From the NCBI RefSeq assembly GCF_009914755.1, contig NC_060941.1: 64,000 nt of DNA. One strand, 5' to 3'. The stretch comes from the human T2T-CHM13v2.0 reference genome, Homo sapiens. Under the pieces are notes generated by a model. That model was given only the letters and a program-made list of their open reading frames with translations. It made no database searches and was not told where the DNA came from. Positions 13,430-29,961 of this stretch are shown one piece after another (within the stretch, counting starts at the first letter, position 1; the number at the start of each line of letters is the position of its first letter). The position numbers and the translations under genes were made by a program.

Positions 13430-16420
13430 CCTTGGAATTTAATTTTGAGGAATTCAGGTGGCTTTGTCTTAGAGTTTATCACAATCTGTATGTTACTGGT
13501 TGCATCCATGTAGTATATAGCATGTTATTCTGCTCTCTTTTCTGTTCATTGGTAGTTTAATCTGGAGACTTGATCACATTCATGTTTCTGTTTATTTGCT
13601 TGTTTGTTTTTTGATGGGTGGCTATGACTACTTCATTAGATAGTACAAGTGATCTGTACTTAATCAGGAGGCACATAATATTGGATCATCTCTGCTTTTT
13701 CATATTATAGACATTGATGATTAATACCTAGATCCATTAATTTGTTAAGGTTTGCAAAATGGTAATAATCTAATTCTACCAGGTCTTCTGTATTTGTTAG
13801 CTGAAATAGTTCTATAAAGTGAAACTTCATTTTCTATTTGATTACTTGTTGGTAGGTACGGTTTCTATAAATGATGGGATAAATGCATAATTTGTTTGCT
13901 TTATTCATTTTCAAAATAATGAATTGATCCATTAGCATCCTCTAACAGTAACCAGTTAATTAACTTATGGATTTAAGTTATATTTCATATAGAAAAATAT
14001 TTCTTAGTTTCAAATAGAAAAATATTTGATATTTTTATTTCACTGAAATCATTGTCTTTATTGGTATGCAAGTTGTTATTTTGGTCACTGGGCTCCTGAG
14101 TCCTTTTGACATAACCCTAGTTGTCTAGATTTGACAACATGTTCCAGGCTCATCTGTACATTTTCTAACCCAGATCTGGAATCAGCCATTTCTCCAAGGT
14201 TCCCTTGGCACTAGAGGTACTCATCGCTTGGGTTTGTCATTGTTTCTAGGCTTTTTTTAGTGGGCATATCTTTAAGATAAAATGATACCAGGAGTTCATA
14301 CTGATACTTCAAATTCAAATGATTAAAATTCTGGTCTTGAATCTCCTTTTTCCCATACAAAGTATTGGTTCCCTTGGTTTTCAGTGGTGCCAGAAATGAT
14401 AGAATTAGAACTTCACATAAGTATTCATTTGTTCACCTCACAGTGCATACACAGTACTCAGAATACCAGCACCAACAATATGATTAATGAAAACAGGTTT
14501 AGATGATGTAAAGAACTTTGTTAAAATCATATGGTTTGGTAAGTTTGATGTACGTATACACATGAAACTATTGCCTCAGTCAAGATTCTGAACATATTCA
14601 TCACCACAAATTCCTCTACCCCTTTGTAATATTTTCTTTCCCCACCTTTCTCTTCCCACTGCCATCTGTAGGCTTTTTGTCACTATAGATTAGTTTTCAT
14701 TTCCTAGATTTTTATGTAAATAGAATCATATAAAATGAACTCTTTTTCATCTGGCTTCTTTCACGCAGCTTATTTATTTTGAGATCTATCCATGTTGTTG
14801 CATGAATTAATAGTTCATTCCTTTTTTATTGCTTAGTAGTAATCTATTGTAGAGATATACTATAGTTTTGTTGTTTTTTTTTTTCATTCACTTACTGATG
14901 AACATTTGAGTTATTTCTAGTTTAGGGCTATTAGAAACAAAACTCCTTGGACATTCATATATAAGTCTTTGCATGGACATATGCCTTCATTTCACCTGGA
15001 ATGAAATGGCTGGATAATAAGCTAGGTGTGTGCATAATTTTTTTAAGTTAAATTGTTTTCCCAAATGGTTTTACCACCTCACATTTCCACCAATAGTGTG
15101 TGAGTTCCAGTACCTCCGTATCACTGCTGTTACTTAGTATGGTTAGTTTTTTAAATTTTAGATATTTTAATGTGTGTGTAGTGTTACTTGTGGTTATAAT
15201 TTGCATTTTGCTAATGACTAGTGATCTGCCATCCTTATGTCTTCTTTGCTGAATTATCTGTTCAAATCTTCTCTCTACTTTTAAAAAAAATTGTGTGTGT
15301 ATTTTTTTTATTGAGCTTTGAGGGTTTTCTAATGCTGAATACAAATCCTTTATCAGCAACATCATTTGCAAATAAGTACTCCCAGTTTGTGGCTTGTGTT
15401 TTTGTCTTTGTAACAGTGTCTTTTGAAGAGCAGAAGTTTCTAATTTTAATGACTTCCAGTTTATCAGAATTTTAAATGAATCATGCATGTTTATCTTTCT
15501 TGTTGGCTTTTTAGTTGTAACTGTTTGCTATATTATTTTAATGATTGGCTTTAAGTATATGGTATACATCTTTAACCTATCACAGTATACCTTCAATTGG
15601 TATTATACTATTTTATGCATAGCATAGTAGTCTATATCCATTTCTCACCTTCCAGCCTTTGGGCTACTGCTGTCATACATTTCACTCTTACATATGTTTT
15701 AAGCCCCACACTACATTGTTATTTTGCTTTAAACAGTTGTCTTTTAAGGAGATTTAAATAATACCAAAAGTCTTTATATTTACCTGTGTGGTTGTTGTTT
15801 CCTGTGCTTGTTATTATTTTCCATGCTCTTCATTTCTTTGTAGATACCCAGTTTTTCATCTGTTAGTCATTTTACTTCCTTTATGACTACTTATAGTGCA
15901 AGTCTGCTGGTGATAAATTATTTTAATTTTTTTTTAATGTCTGAAAAAGTCTTTATAGCATCTCCATTTTTGAAAGGTTTTTTTAGCCACGTGGTAGCTC
16001 ACACCTGTAATCCCAACACTTTGGGAGGCCGAGAGGTGGGAGGATCGCTTGAGGCCAGGAATTTGAGATCTCCTGGTGGGAGCTTGTTAAAAACATAGCG
16101 GGAGCTTGTTAAAAAATAATAATAATAATGAAAGTTATTTTTGCTGGGTATGCAATTTTAGGGTGACTTCCTTTAAGTACTTCAAAGATGTTACTCTGTT
16201 ATTTTCTGGGTTGTATTGTTTTCAATGAGAAATATGCTATAATCCTTATCTTTGTTCCTCTGTGTGTAATATGTCTTTTTTTCCTCTGGCAGCTTTAAAG
16301 ATTTTTCTCTTTATCAGTGGTTTTGAGCAATTTGATTGTGATGTCTAAATGTAATTTTCTTCATGTTTCTTCTTGGGATTCAGTGAGTTTCTTGGATCTG
16401 TGGGCTTATATTCATATAGT
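13430..16420 (-). mobile_element. Cluster of nested old L1 (L1M) fragments
   Basis: Antisense L1 3'-UTR and ORF2 motifs at ~14520-15480 (TTTGAAGAGCAGAAGTTTCTAATTTTAATG) and ORF1-region motifs at ~15900-16410. Boundaries are approximate. Confidence 0.65.
15985..16130 (+). mobile_element. FLAM / Alu left monomer
   Basis: GCTCACACCTGTAATCCCAACACTTTGGGAGG...GAGGCCAGGA with an (AAT)n tail. Confidence 0.75.
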
Positions 16421-18138
16421 GGAATACTATATATATGAAATAAATGTACTAGATCTAGATATATTAACATGGATCAATTTTATTTCATTTTATTTATTTA
16501 CTCGTCACTGACTTGAAGCACATCAACATGGATAAATTGTAAAAACAAGGCTGATTTGGGAGAAAGCAAGTTATATATAAAAGCTTAGGCCAGTGTGAGC
16601 CATTTATGTAAATTTTAAAAACATAAAACAACCATATTTTTATGGCTACAGTCATATGTATCAAAAGTTAAAGTGTGAGTATCAAGGATTCATACCAGAG
16701 CCAGAATAATGGTAAACTGGGACAGATTCAGTTAAAGATGCAGTCTTTGGATGCATCTGTAGTAGCATTATGTCTTAATAAAATGTATCTGAAGCAGATG
16801 TGGTAAACACTTTTATCTGGGCAATGAGTACACAGCGTTTAATTTCTACATTTACACACATGTCTAAAATATATAATTATATTTATATATATATATATAC
16901 ACACACACATATATAAAATCATTGATATGAAAAAGGTCAATACAGTTCTTATAGCTTCTGTTGCTTCACTTTATTAGATATAAAATAACCCCCTTCCACA
17001 TAGTTAACATTTCAGTAATCTACCAAATAAAAGTTATTCCCAGAGATGTAAGACCTGTTTCTTTAGAATGTCATGACCAGAATTTCCATAGTAATCTCTA
17101 AAACGACACTCCAGTGAGACAGTCTGATCTGTGGGTCATTTCCTTTCCTGTTAAGAGACCTTTGTTAATTCCATTTTGCAGTATCCCAGAAGAAACATTG
17201 CAGGTGTGCAACCAATCCAACTGAAACAGATAATACTGGGTAATGTTCCCTTCTTACTCTTCCTTTTTATTAATGCACTTATTACCCATCTTCCAAAATA
17301 AAAAGTCTTTGTCATACTGGCATCTGATTTTTTTTTCTTTTGACAACCAGCCTGTCTTCTGTCTCCTGAATTTTATTTTAACATCTTTTAATATGTTGCC
17401 AGGTAGGCACCCCTAGTTGAACAAGAAAGACCTGGAAATCATTAGAGCTAACAATATACAGGTTTTTCTTAAATGTGCTGCCAAAGGGCATAACCTCTTT
17501 GGATTGGTGACATGTAGCACTTGCACAGCAGCTTTTCTTCCCATTTCTAATGGTAAGAAGTAAAATAGCCTTCTGTCAGGACCAACTTTTCTTTGGACAC
17601 ATGCTTCTAATCTTAATGCATTAAGACTGGTGTGTTGCTCAGAGCTTTTTTTAAAGAAACCAAAGAAAAGGCGGGGGGGTGGGGGGAGAAGGAAAGGTAA
17701 GGAAAGCCTACTCAGCATTTTCATTTGTCTTCCAAAAAGAATTTACATTGAAATGTAACAGCAGTTTCAGAAAACTTGTGGATGTACACATTTCTTTACA
17801 GCAAATGGAAACAAATTTAGAACATTTACTTAATAGGTGGGAGCTCTTCCATTTTGGTGATACTTATTTTTCTCTTTGGAGGAAGCCATAGTTTGTGAGG
17901 GAATTTTTTTGTTCCCATTAACTATATAAATATTTTAGAATGGTCTTTTAGGATTTATCTTTCCTGTCTTAAAGCTGTTCCACCCTCAGGCTCAGTCAAC
18001 TGTGTAACTGTTTGTTTTCTAACCAGAGTTAAGTTAGTAAAGCCCTCCCCTTCAACAGTCACCTATAGCGTAACAAGTTCGGGGAGATAATAGTCAAACA
18101 AAACAGACTGTATCCTGCCTCGAAGTAGAAAGAGCTAA

Positions 18139-18500
<362 letters not shown>

Positions 18501-18979
18501 TAGTGGCTTGTTTTTTTGTTATATTTTTAAAGTTTTCCTAAACCAGTTTTCTGAGACTAAGAGTAACTTCATTAGTTGGGAGGGGAGTTGCAGGGAGGAG
18601 GGGATATGCATTAACAAAACAAAGGGCTTTCCTTTCTTTGAAATATTCTCATGACCAGATGCTGGAAAAATATACAATAGATTTCTTAAATATAATTCTA
18701 GCTCTGAAGTATATACATACTTAATGAAACCAAAATTGAATGCTCCTAAAGTAGGCTGATCTATATATAATAGCATTTCCAAAAGTAGACCTTTTGTGGG
18801 CGATCTCCATTAACTCTCCCTCGGTATCTTAACTACATATTCCCCTTACTCCATAGGCATTCCAAGAGGAGTAATTTATAATAAAAAAAATTCTGTGAAA
18901 TGTGATGGTCATCAAAGGGTTCCTTGGAAGGTATGGTGGGAAAGCTTTGTAATTGCTGCTTCACAGAACTTGAGTTGAG

Positions 18980-19195
18980 GGAGAGCAGTCTGGTATAGTG
19001 AAAAGAACATACACTGTAGAGTCCAAAAGACTTTAATCCAATCCCAGTTCTGCCCCTTATTCTTAGGACGGAAGCAATCTGACATCAACTCTCAAACTAC
19101 TTGGGAGTTGTACGTAACACGTGGCAAGTTCGTTAACTTCTCTGTGCATTAGTTTCCCTGTTTGAAAAATGAAGATAACAATTCTTCCCATGAAA
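18980..19195 (+). mobile_element. MIR interrupted by a 46-bp insert
   Basis: AATCCCAGTTCTGCCCCTTA...GGCAAGTTCGTTAACTTCTCTGTGCATTAGTTTCCC. Confidence 0.7.
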
Positions 19196-19729
19196 ATTGC
19201 ACACCAAAGACTCACCATATATTTCATTTGTTCACCTCATTTATTTGTGTTTTACTGGACTAATGGTTTCTGCTATTGTTAATAATTAATGAACATTGTG
19301 TCAGGACTTATTCTGTTGTCAGACTGCCTTAGGATATGATCTGCATTATAACATTAGAATTTCAATCCAACATCTCTAGAAAGAGTATGACAAAAGATTG
19401 CAAAAAAATGACTATTATTTAATAGGGTAGCAGAAAGAAGCTGTAACATTTTTACTAGAATATGATTAATTCACAGATGCTGACAAAAGCCATTATATTC
19501 TCATCAGATGATACTTAATAACTTGTGGACAAATAAGATGACTTGTTTTTATTCATGAGAGATTATATTAAGCTCTCTAGAAAAGCTGTAATTCTTCAGA
19601 ACGTCCTAGAATTTACTGTATAGGGAATGGTTAGATTCTTCAGGTTTCTGAGCAAAAACAACCCCCAAAACAAAACCAAATTACCCACGTAGTTTGAGAG
19701 ATGATGTCAGATTGCTTTTGTCTTAAGAA
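19060..19729. repeat. 46-bp dispersed inverted repeat (19060-19105 and 19684-19729)
   Basis: 41/46 positions match as reverse complements. Confidence 0.9.
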
Positions 19730-22700
19730 CCTACAAGCAAGAACACATTTCAATAAGGCTGCCTTTCTCTTTTACACCTTTGAAATTACTGCCATGGATA
19801 TATTTACTAGTAGTGCATTATTAACCCAGCTATGGCCACTTGCCTTTTGCTGACCGAGTTCAAAGCTTATGTACCAGAGAGGAAGGTAGTATTGGGAGGG
19901 GAGTTCTTGACAAAGGAGCTACTGATTTGCATTTATGGTAATACGTAATGTAAAGTCAGTCATCAAAAGATTAAGTATCTGAAAAGGATTATTTCAAACA
20001 TTGCCATCCCTAGGGGTTTGCTGTTGAGGCAAATTACATTATTTATAGTCTTTGAGGTGGGTGGGTGGTGGGGAGGAGAGACAAAAGCTAATATTTTTAT
20101 ACAGGTGAAAATAAGCATCTGGTAAAGGGAGGTATAAGAGTTGGAATTCTTGGATTACAAAAGTTCAACTTATATTAGCTAAAAAGTGGGTATGTTGCCT
20201 CACATAACCAGGCTTCAAGATGGATAGAGTAGAACTAGCCTTTGATAGTGCAAGACTTGAATATTGTCAAGACTCTTGTCTCCTTTCTCTGACTTTCTCT
20301 GCAAATTTGTGTTTATTTTTTAAATTGTTTTCTCCACAGGGCAGAGGTAGTTCTCAGTCCACATATTTGCAGCTCTTCTTTAACCAAAGAGGAAAGGGAC
20401 CTGACCTAGCTCCAGTTTTCATGATATCTAAGTCTTTTTTGGTGGTGGAGAATGTAGTCTCCTTACCAGAATAAAATTAGAAGGAAAAATTGGGAAGATA
20501 CAAATAATTGCCACCTCAAGTGGAAGTCATTACTGTGAGTGCTAGAAAAGGATTGTCCTCATGGGGAAAGAGACCATGAGTTATACATGGTGCTAGCAAA
20601 TGTTACATGATACTATTGTTGCTGCCTTTCTGTGCTAGTCCTCCTGCTTTATCCCCATATTTCCCCTCTGTAGTGCAGTACCCCCTCAAGCTGGGAGGGT
20701 AGTCAACTTGGACAGCGGCCTGGACCCTAGGGAAGAGTTTGCTGAAAAGTCTACATGGCCATGTTATCAGATTCGTTCCATTCCTAATTCAGATTAACAG
20801 CTTCTACATGTGATGGAATTGTATTACTTTCTAAAAAAAATTTCAGACTGTAACTCAACATAGTTGTGGAAGAAATTCAGAGCTTGTGGGAAAAGATGCA
20901 TCTCTCTATCCAAGTCTCACTTCTAGAGGCAAGGATTCTACTACTCAGGATTGTAGTATGATTGTACACTTTAATCTTCAAGGACTTTATTATAAAGCAA
21001 GGTGCCAATATTATTACTGATGCAGATTATCCTATGATTCCAGATTTCTGCAATTACAATATATATATTTGAAATGATTATTCCATTAAGCAACCCACTT
21101 GCCCCTTGCTGTGACCCTTGCTATGGTGTAACTTTTAATGTTTCTGGTTTTACAAAAGAAAATCTGCATCAATCCTTAAAGTTACATTTAAAATTTACAT
21201 TAACAGTACAACCAGATGGCATTCTGACACTCACTGTAAGTATTCTAGGATTTTTCTAAAATAGCTGGCTCAAATAGAAAAGTCATCTTTTTCCCAAGTG
21301 TGTTCCTGTCCTTTTCTCTTGTTGTGTGTTCTAACTGTTGCACTTATATTAAAATCATAAAACCAGAATGGAGAATTTATTCCAAAAGTTCCCATGCATT
21401 TCTCCAATCTTACTTCCTGTTGCAAGGACCCACCATCACAAATGAAGTGTAATTGTACATTCATGATGACGTCTTGCTTATTAAATGGTGACATTCAAGA
21501 AATTGTCAGCACAGGCATTCTTTTATAGGTCAAGGATATACTTATTTTGAAAACGTTGAAAAATAATAGTAATTATTTAACTGATTTCAGAAGAATCTAT
21601 TTCAGTGGCATCCTGGACTTTCTACTGACTCACTAAAAATAGGGATTTTTGAAGAGGATGACAAAATTCATAAGTCCTTGATTCTACTATGTAAAATTAT
21701 AATTTTACACAAGAAAAAGTACAATGTGGTTTACTTTTAGCCTAGTTTACCATAGTTAAGCCAAGAAAATGTAAGCTAACCAAAAGCTTGCAGAATTGTC
21801 GTTATTGTGACTCAGTGGTATAGACTTGAGTTTTCAAAAATGAAGTGTTCTTGTAATTTTTTTTATCCTCCTACAATATAGTCTCAGATATCTAGTCCTA
21901 AGGGGCTATAATTGAAGGAATATTGAAGGAGGAGAAAATGTCTGTCAACAATTTGCATTTGGTTGGAGAAGATTATGGGAACTTTAATATTGGAATCCTG
22001 ACACCTGGGCATCAAAAGGGAAACTTTCAATGGGTCATTGCTGTAAATTAATCAAAGCCCTTGTGCATATTGAAGACACTTCTCTAGTTTCCCACTCCCC
22101 CATCTATTTCCAAACAGCAGAGAGAACAGGAAAAAGAATTTTTCAACATCTTAATTTTCTTCAATAAATAAGTCCCTAATAAAAATCTACTGTTACAAAT
22201 CACTGGTGTCAGAGAAACAGTTTAAGAAGAAATCCCTTACTACTGGCAGATAGAGAATTGCTTCCTTTCTGCTCGAAAATAAGAGGTGTATTCTTCTTCC
22301 AGTAGTTGCCTTGTAGCATGCATAAGTGGGACACTGAAGGGTCTAAACAGTGATAGGATGGAGCCTTTCCCTTGTTTTCATGCTTTGTGTTATCCAGCTG
22401 TGTCATTTATGTTACAGTACAACATCCCATCACCACCACCTCTAGCCAGACTTAATGAGAGTAAGTTTTATTCTTTTTCCATCTAATGAAACTTTGCTTG
22501 AGCCATTTGCTTATATTTCAGTTTTGTTTGGGATATAACTTAAAAATGAGACACCAAGGTACAAGATGCATATTATAAGTTATTTTTATTGTATAACCTC
22601 TGAAGGCAACATTAAAAAATGTTCAAATAACAAAATACTTACTTTTTGATTATAGAAATTTTTAAATTATACTAATGTTATTAAGAATTGGCCATGCTTC

Positions 22701-24083
22701 TAACTGTAATTGTTACTTTTATTAAGAAGGTTTAATAAATGAGTTTCATTTCTTGTGTGGATATCTGTATTTAACTTGGTTTCTTTGACTTGGCATTATA
22801 CAAGTAAAATTCAAATTTCCTTTTTCTGCAGTCAAACTTACATATATTTATTCTCTTCTTTGAATTACATAATGCTGAGTTGCAGGAAAAATTGGTTAGG
22901 CATGGTCCTTGTGAACCCAAGTTGTATTTCAGTTTTATAAATAAATTATCCTTACTCAGTTTGAATATCTGAACCTAGTTGGATTGGGAAACGTTATTTT
23001 AAAGCAGGCACAATAAATTATTTACCCTAAATAATTTAAAGTATATTGCTTTTTTTCTGTTTGAAATTACCTATAGTTGTTATAGTAGTATAAGGCATCT
23101 TACCTACTGTTGATATGATTATAATGACAGATACTTGTACATTTTCAGTGTCTTCAATTAAGATGATTGACTCTAAGTTTTAGCAACTAGGAAACCATTG
23201 AGGATATATCACTTTTCAGTTGTGATTCCTGCCTTTGTTAGTCTCCTTGACAAATTGAATTTCCATTTTACGTTACAGTGTGGGTTTAAATTCACCAAGC
23301 TTTAATAAGGATCCTGTTCCTTTTCATTTTTTTCTTTAAGTGAATGTTTACAGGGTAACCTAGTTGACAAAAGTTTGTTTCTTGGCACTTTGCATTTGCC
23401 ACTTCTGTAATTTTTTAAGGTGTCGACTGGTTATTAATAGATTAATCTTCCTTAGAACTACAAATAACCAGATCCAGCACTGTGCCCTTTTCTTTTTATA
23501 GATAAGGGAACTGAGACCCAGATAATATAAACCTACGAAGTGTACACTAGAACCTTCTGTTACTTCTTTATCTACCACAGGGCAAACTGTAAGTAAACAA
23601 TTAAAATAACTGATTCAATTTGTGAATCAGCTCTCTTGAAATGATATAGTTGCTCATGTTAGATCTTTTGTGATAACAATGATTGAAGTCCAAAGGTAAT
23701 TGTTTAAAAAATTGTCATAAGAATTAGGCAGAACGGGTAGCCTCATATACCCAAGGTGGAGTAAAAGAGAGTAGAAATTATGAATTATTTTTCTTCTAAT
23801 AATAGAAATCTGTTATGATAGTTATTACTCACTTATTTGTACTATAACTCTTCCAAGTAGAAAGTAAACATTTTTGTCAAAGGTACCAGCATAAAATTCA
23901 GGAAAGGGGAAGAAAACTGACATTGAGTACGTCTTTATTCATCAATAAGGGTGCATGTATATTATTGGCCACATCATTTTAATTGGATGGATATTTCATT
24001 ATTTAACCAATCACCTATTGTTGGGCATACAAGTTTTTTCCCAGTTATTTTTCACAACTATGAAAAGTTTTTCATTACCATTC

Positions 24084-24388
24084 TTTTTTTTTTTTTTTTT
24101 TTTTTTTGAGATGGATTTTTGCTCTTGTTGCCCAGGCTGGAGTGCAATGGCGCCATCTCGGCTCACCACACCCTCCGCCTCCCGGGTTCAAGTGATTTTC
24201 CTGCCTTAGCCTCCTGAGTAGCTGCGATTACAGACATGCGCCACGACGCTCGGCTAATTTTTTATTTTTAGTAGAGACGGGGTTTCTGCATGTTGGTCAG
24301 GCTGGTCTTGAACTCCCGACCTCAGGTGATTCACCTACCTCTGCTTCCCAAAGTGCTGGGATTACAGGTGTGAGCCACCGTGCCTGGC
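24084..24388 (-). mobile_element. AluS (Sp-like)
   Basis: Antisense Alu with TSD TTTCATTACCATTCTT. Confidence 0.9.
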
Positions 24389-24669
24389 TTTCATTACCAT
24401 TCTTGTACAGGCTTATTTTGTCTGATTGTTTCTGTAGTAAACATTTCCAGAAGTAGAATTTTGGGACAAAAAGGTCCACCCATTTTTTAAGGGTTTCGAT
24501 AATACAACGCCAAAATACTCTCCAGAAATGTACTAATTAACACCTTTCATCACTAGTGTAATTCTTGCCAAGTCTATGAGAAAAAAATAATATCTCAGTT
24601 TCAATTTTGTTTCTTTTATTAGTGCAGTGGAGTACTATTTCTTTTGTTTTCTGATTTTGTGTTCCTTTT

Positions 24670-27700
<3,031 letters not shown>

Positions 27701-27776
27701 ATCTGCTGACAGTAATTGCTTTAATCAAACATTTTTTGGATATTGTTGACTTATGTTAAAGTAGAAAAAAGTTTTT

Positions 27777-28118
<342 letters not shown>

Positions 28119-29663
28119 TCAGAGTTCTGAGGGATGTGATGAGGTTGCAAAAGAAATTTGGCAGACTTAGAAAGCCTAATGAATAAAAGTTCATTTATTA
28201 TAGAGTCTGGCTTGCATTTTTTTCTTTGTAGTTTCTCCCATGGGACAGAAGTTTACTTCAGGGGGGCATCAGCTTTGTCTTATTCCTCTTTATATATGTA
28301 GTACCTAGTGATGGCTAGTTAGATGCCCAGTAAAGGTATATGGAAAGAGTAAATGGTTTGCAGGTGGCTCTTATGTCTGTCTTTCTGCTATAAAGCATTC
28401 ATGTGGAGCAACTCTGCAATTTCTAACAACCTTTTAACAACCTTTTGGTAGTAATTATCCCTTCCTATATATTTCCTTTCATTCTTCTGAGGGAGAAAAA
28501 TGGCAAAATAAATAAATAAATAAAAATAAAAAGTTGAGGAATGGTGGAGTGGAGGGAAGTTTTGTTATATGTGATTCCTAGTCTGTTTCTTGCAACTTTG
28601 TATAGCATAATATGCTATCTGAGAGTAACAAGAATGAGTCCTGTAGATTGTTCTCTGGAAGTATAGCAGAAGTTCCATAAGCCAGCCACCATTGATATTA
28701 TGCATTACATGCATTTTTACCATGATTTAAAATCTTTTTGCACTCAAACTTTCTAAGATTGTGCTTTACCCTTTTTTCTGAACTTTGGAGCTTTTGCAGT
28801 GTGAAAGTTTTTGTTTGAAAGTTGTATTCATCCATATATATTTGTGTGTTTATATATAAATACATGCAAATTTACAAAGAGCTGCTTCACATAGTCAATA
28901 CATATTTAAGGTCTTAAAGATTCAATTAAGGGAAGTTTTGTGTATGTGTATTTACAAGTGAGATAATGAATTTGGAAATATGCATAGATTTTAAACTTTT
29001 TGTAGTTATCACAGTGGTAGGAAATTAATGTGTTAGTGATCAACTTTTGAAGCCAAGTTCTGAATACTTTCAAAAATCTAGTGTCTTCTTAAACTTAGCA
29101 GGTGCACTCTCCCTGTCTATAGTAAGGTCTGATTAAGGTTTGTAATTTGAAAACGTAAGAGATAGTGCCCAGTTAGGTTAAAATACCAAGAGAAATAGTT
29201 TTAAGACTGATAAGTTCTTTGAAAAATGTATTCTGACCACTTAACCTGCTAATTTTTTGACTCATACATTTATCATTTTGTTGTATACACTCACTCTATT
29301 TCTGTTGTTGATTACCATTATTATTTAATAAATGAAACATTCCAGAATTCTTTTTCAACTTGAAAGAAATTTCCCATTGACCTTTGTCTAGTGATAAATG
29401 TGTTTATTGCCTGATATTCATTTTATTACATTATTCACTGAAATTCCTATATTCTTTAAGAACAGAGTAGGGATTTTGAGATGTGGTCTTGGAGTAGAAG
29501 TATGTAAAATGTTTTTCTAACCAGTTTCTCAACTAGATCTTGGCCATTTCTCACTCTCTAGTTTCTGGTGATTTGTAATCCAGTAAAAATTGCTATATAT
29601 AAACAATCATTTTTGCTTTATCAAAGTGGGGCCTGGTCAGTGGAAGATAGGGACTGGACTTTA

Positions 29664-29961
29664 GTTTTGTTTTTGTTTTTTTGAGACCGAGTCTCGCTGT
29701 CGCCCAGGCTAGAGTGCAGTGGTGCAATCTCGGCTCACTGCAACATCCGCCTCCCGGGTTCAAGCGAATTCTCCTTCCTTAGCCTCCTGAGTAGCTGGGA
29801 TTACAGGCACACGCCACTATGCCCAGCTAATTTTTGTTTTTTTAGTAGAGACGAGGTTTCACCATGTTGGTCAGGCTGGTCTCGAACTCCTGACCTCGTG
29901 ATCTGTCCACCTTGGCCACCTAAAGTGCTGGGATTACAGGCGTGAGCCACTACACCCGGCC
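29664..29961 (-). mobile_element. AluS
   Basis: Full-length antisense Alu. Confidence 0.9.
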
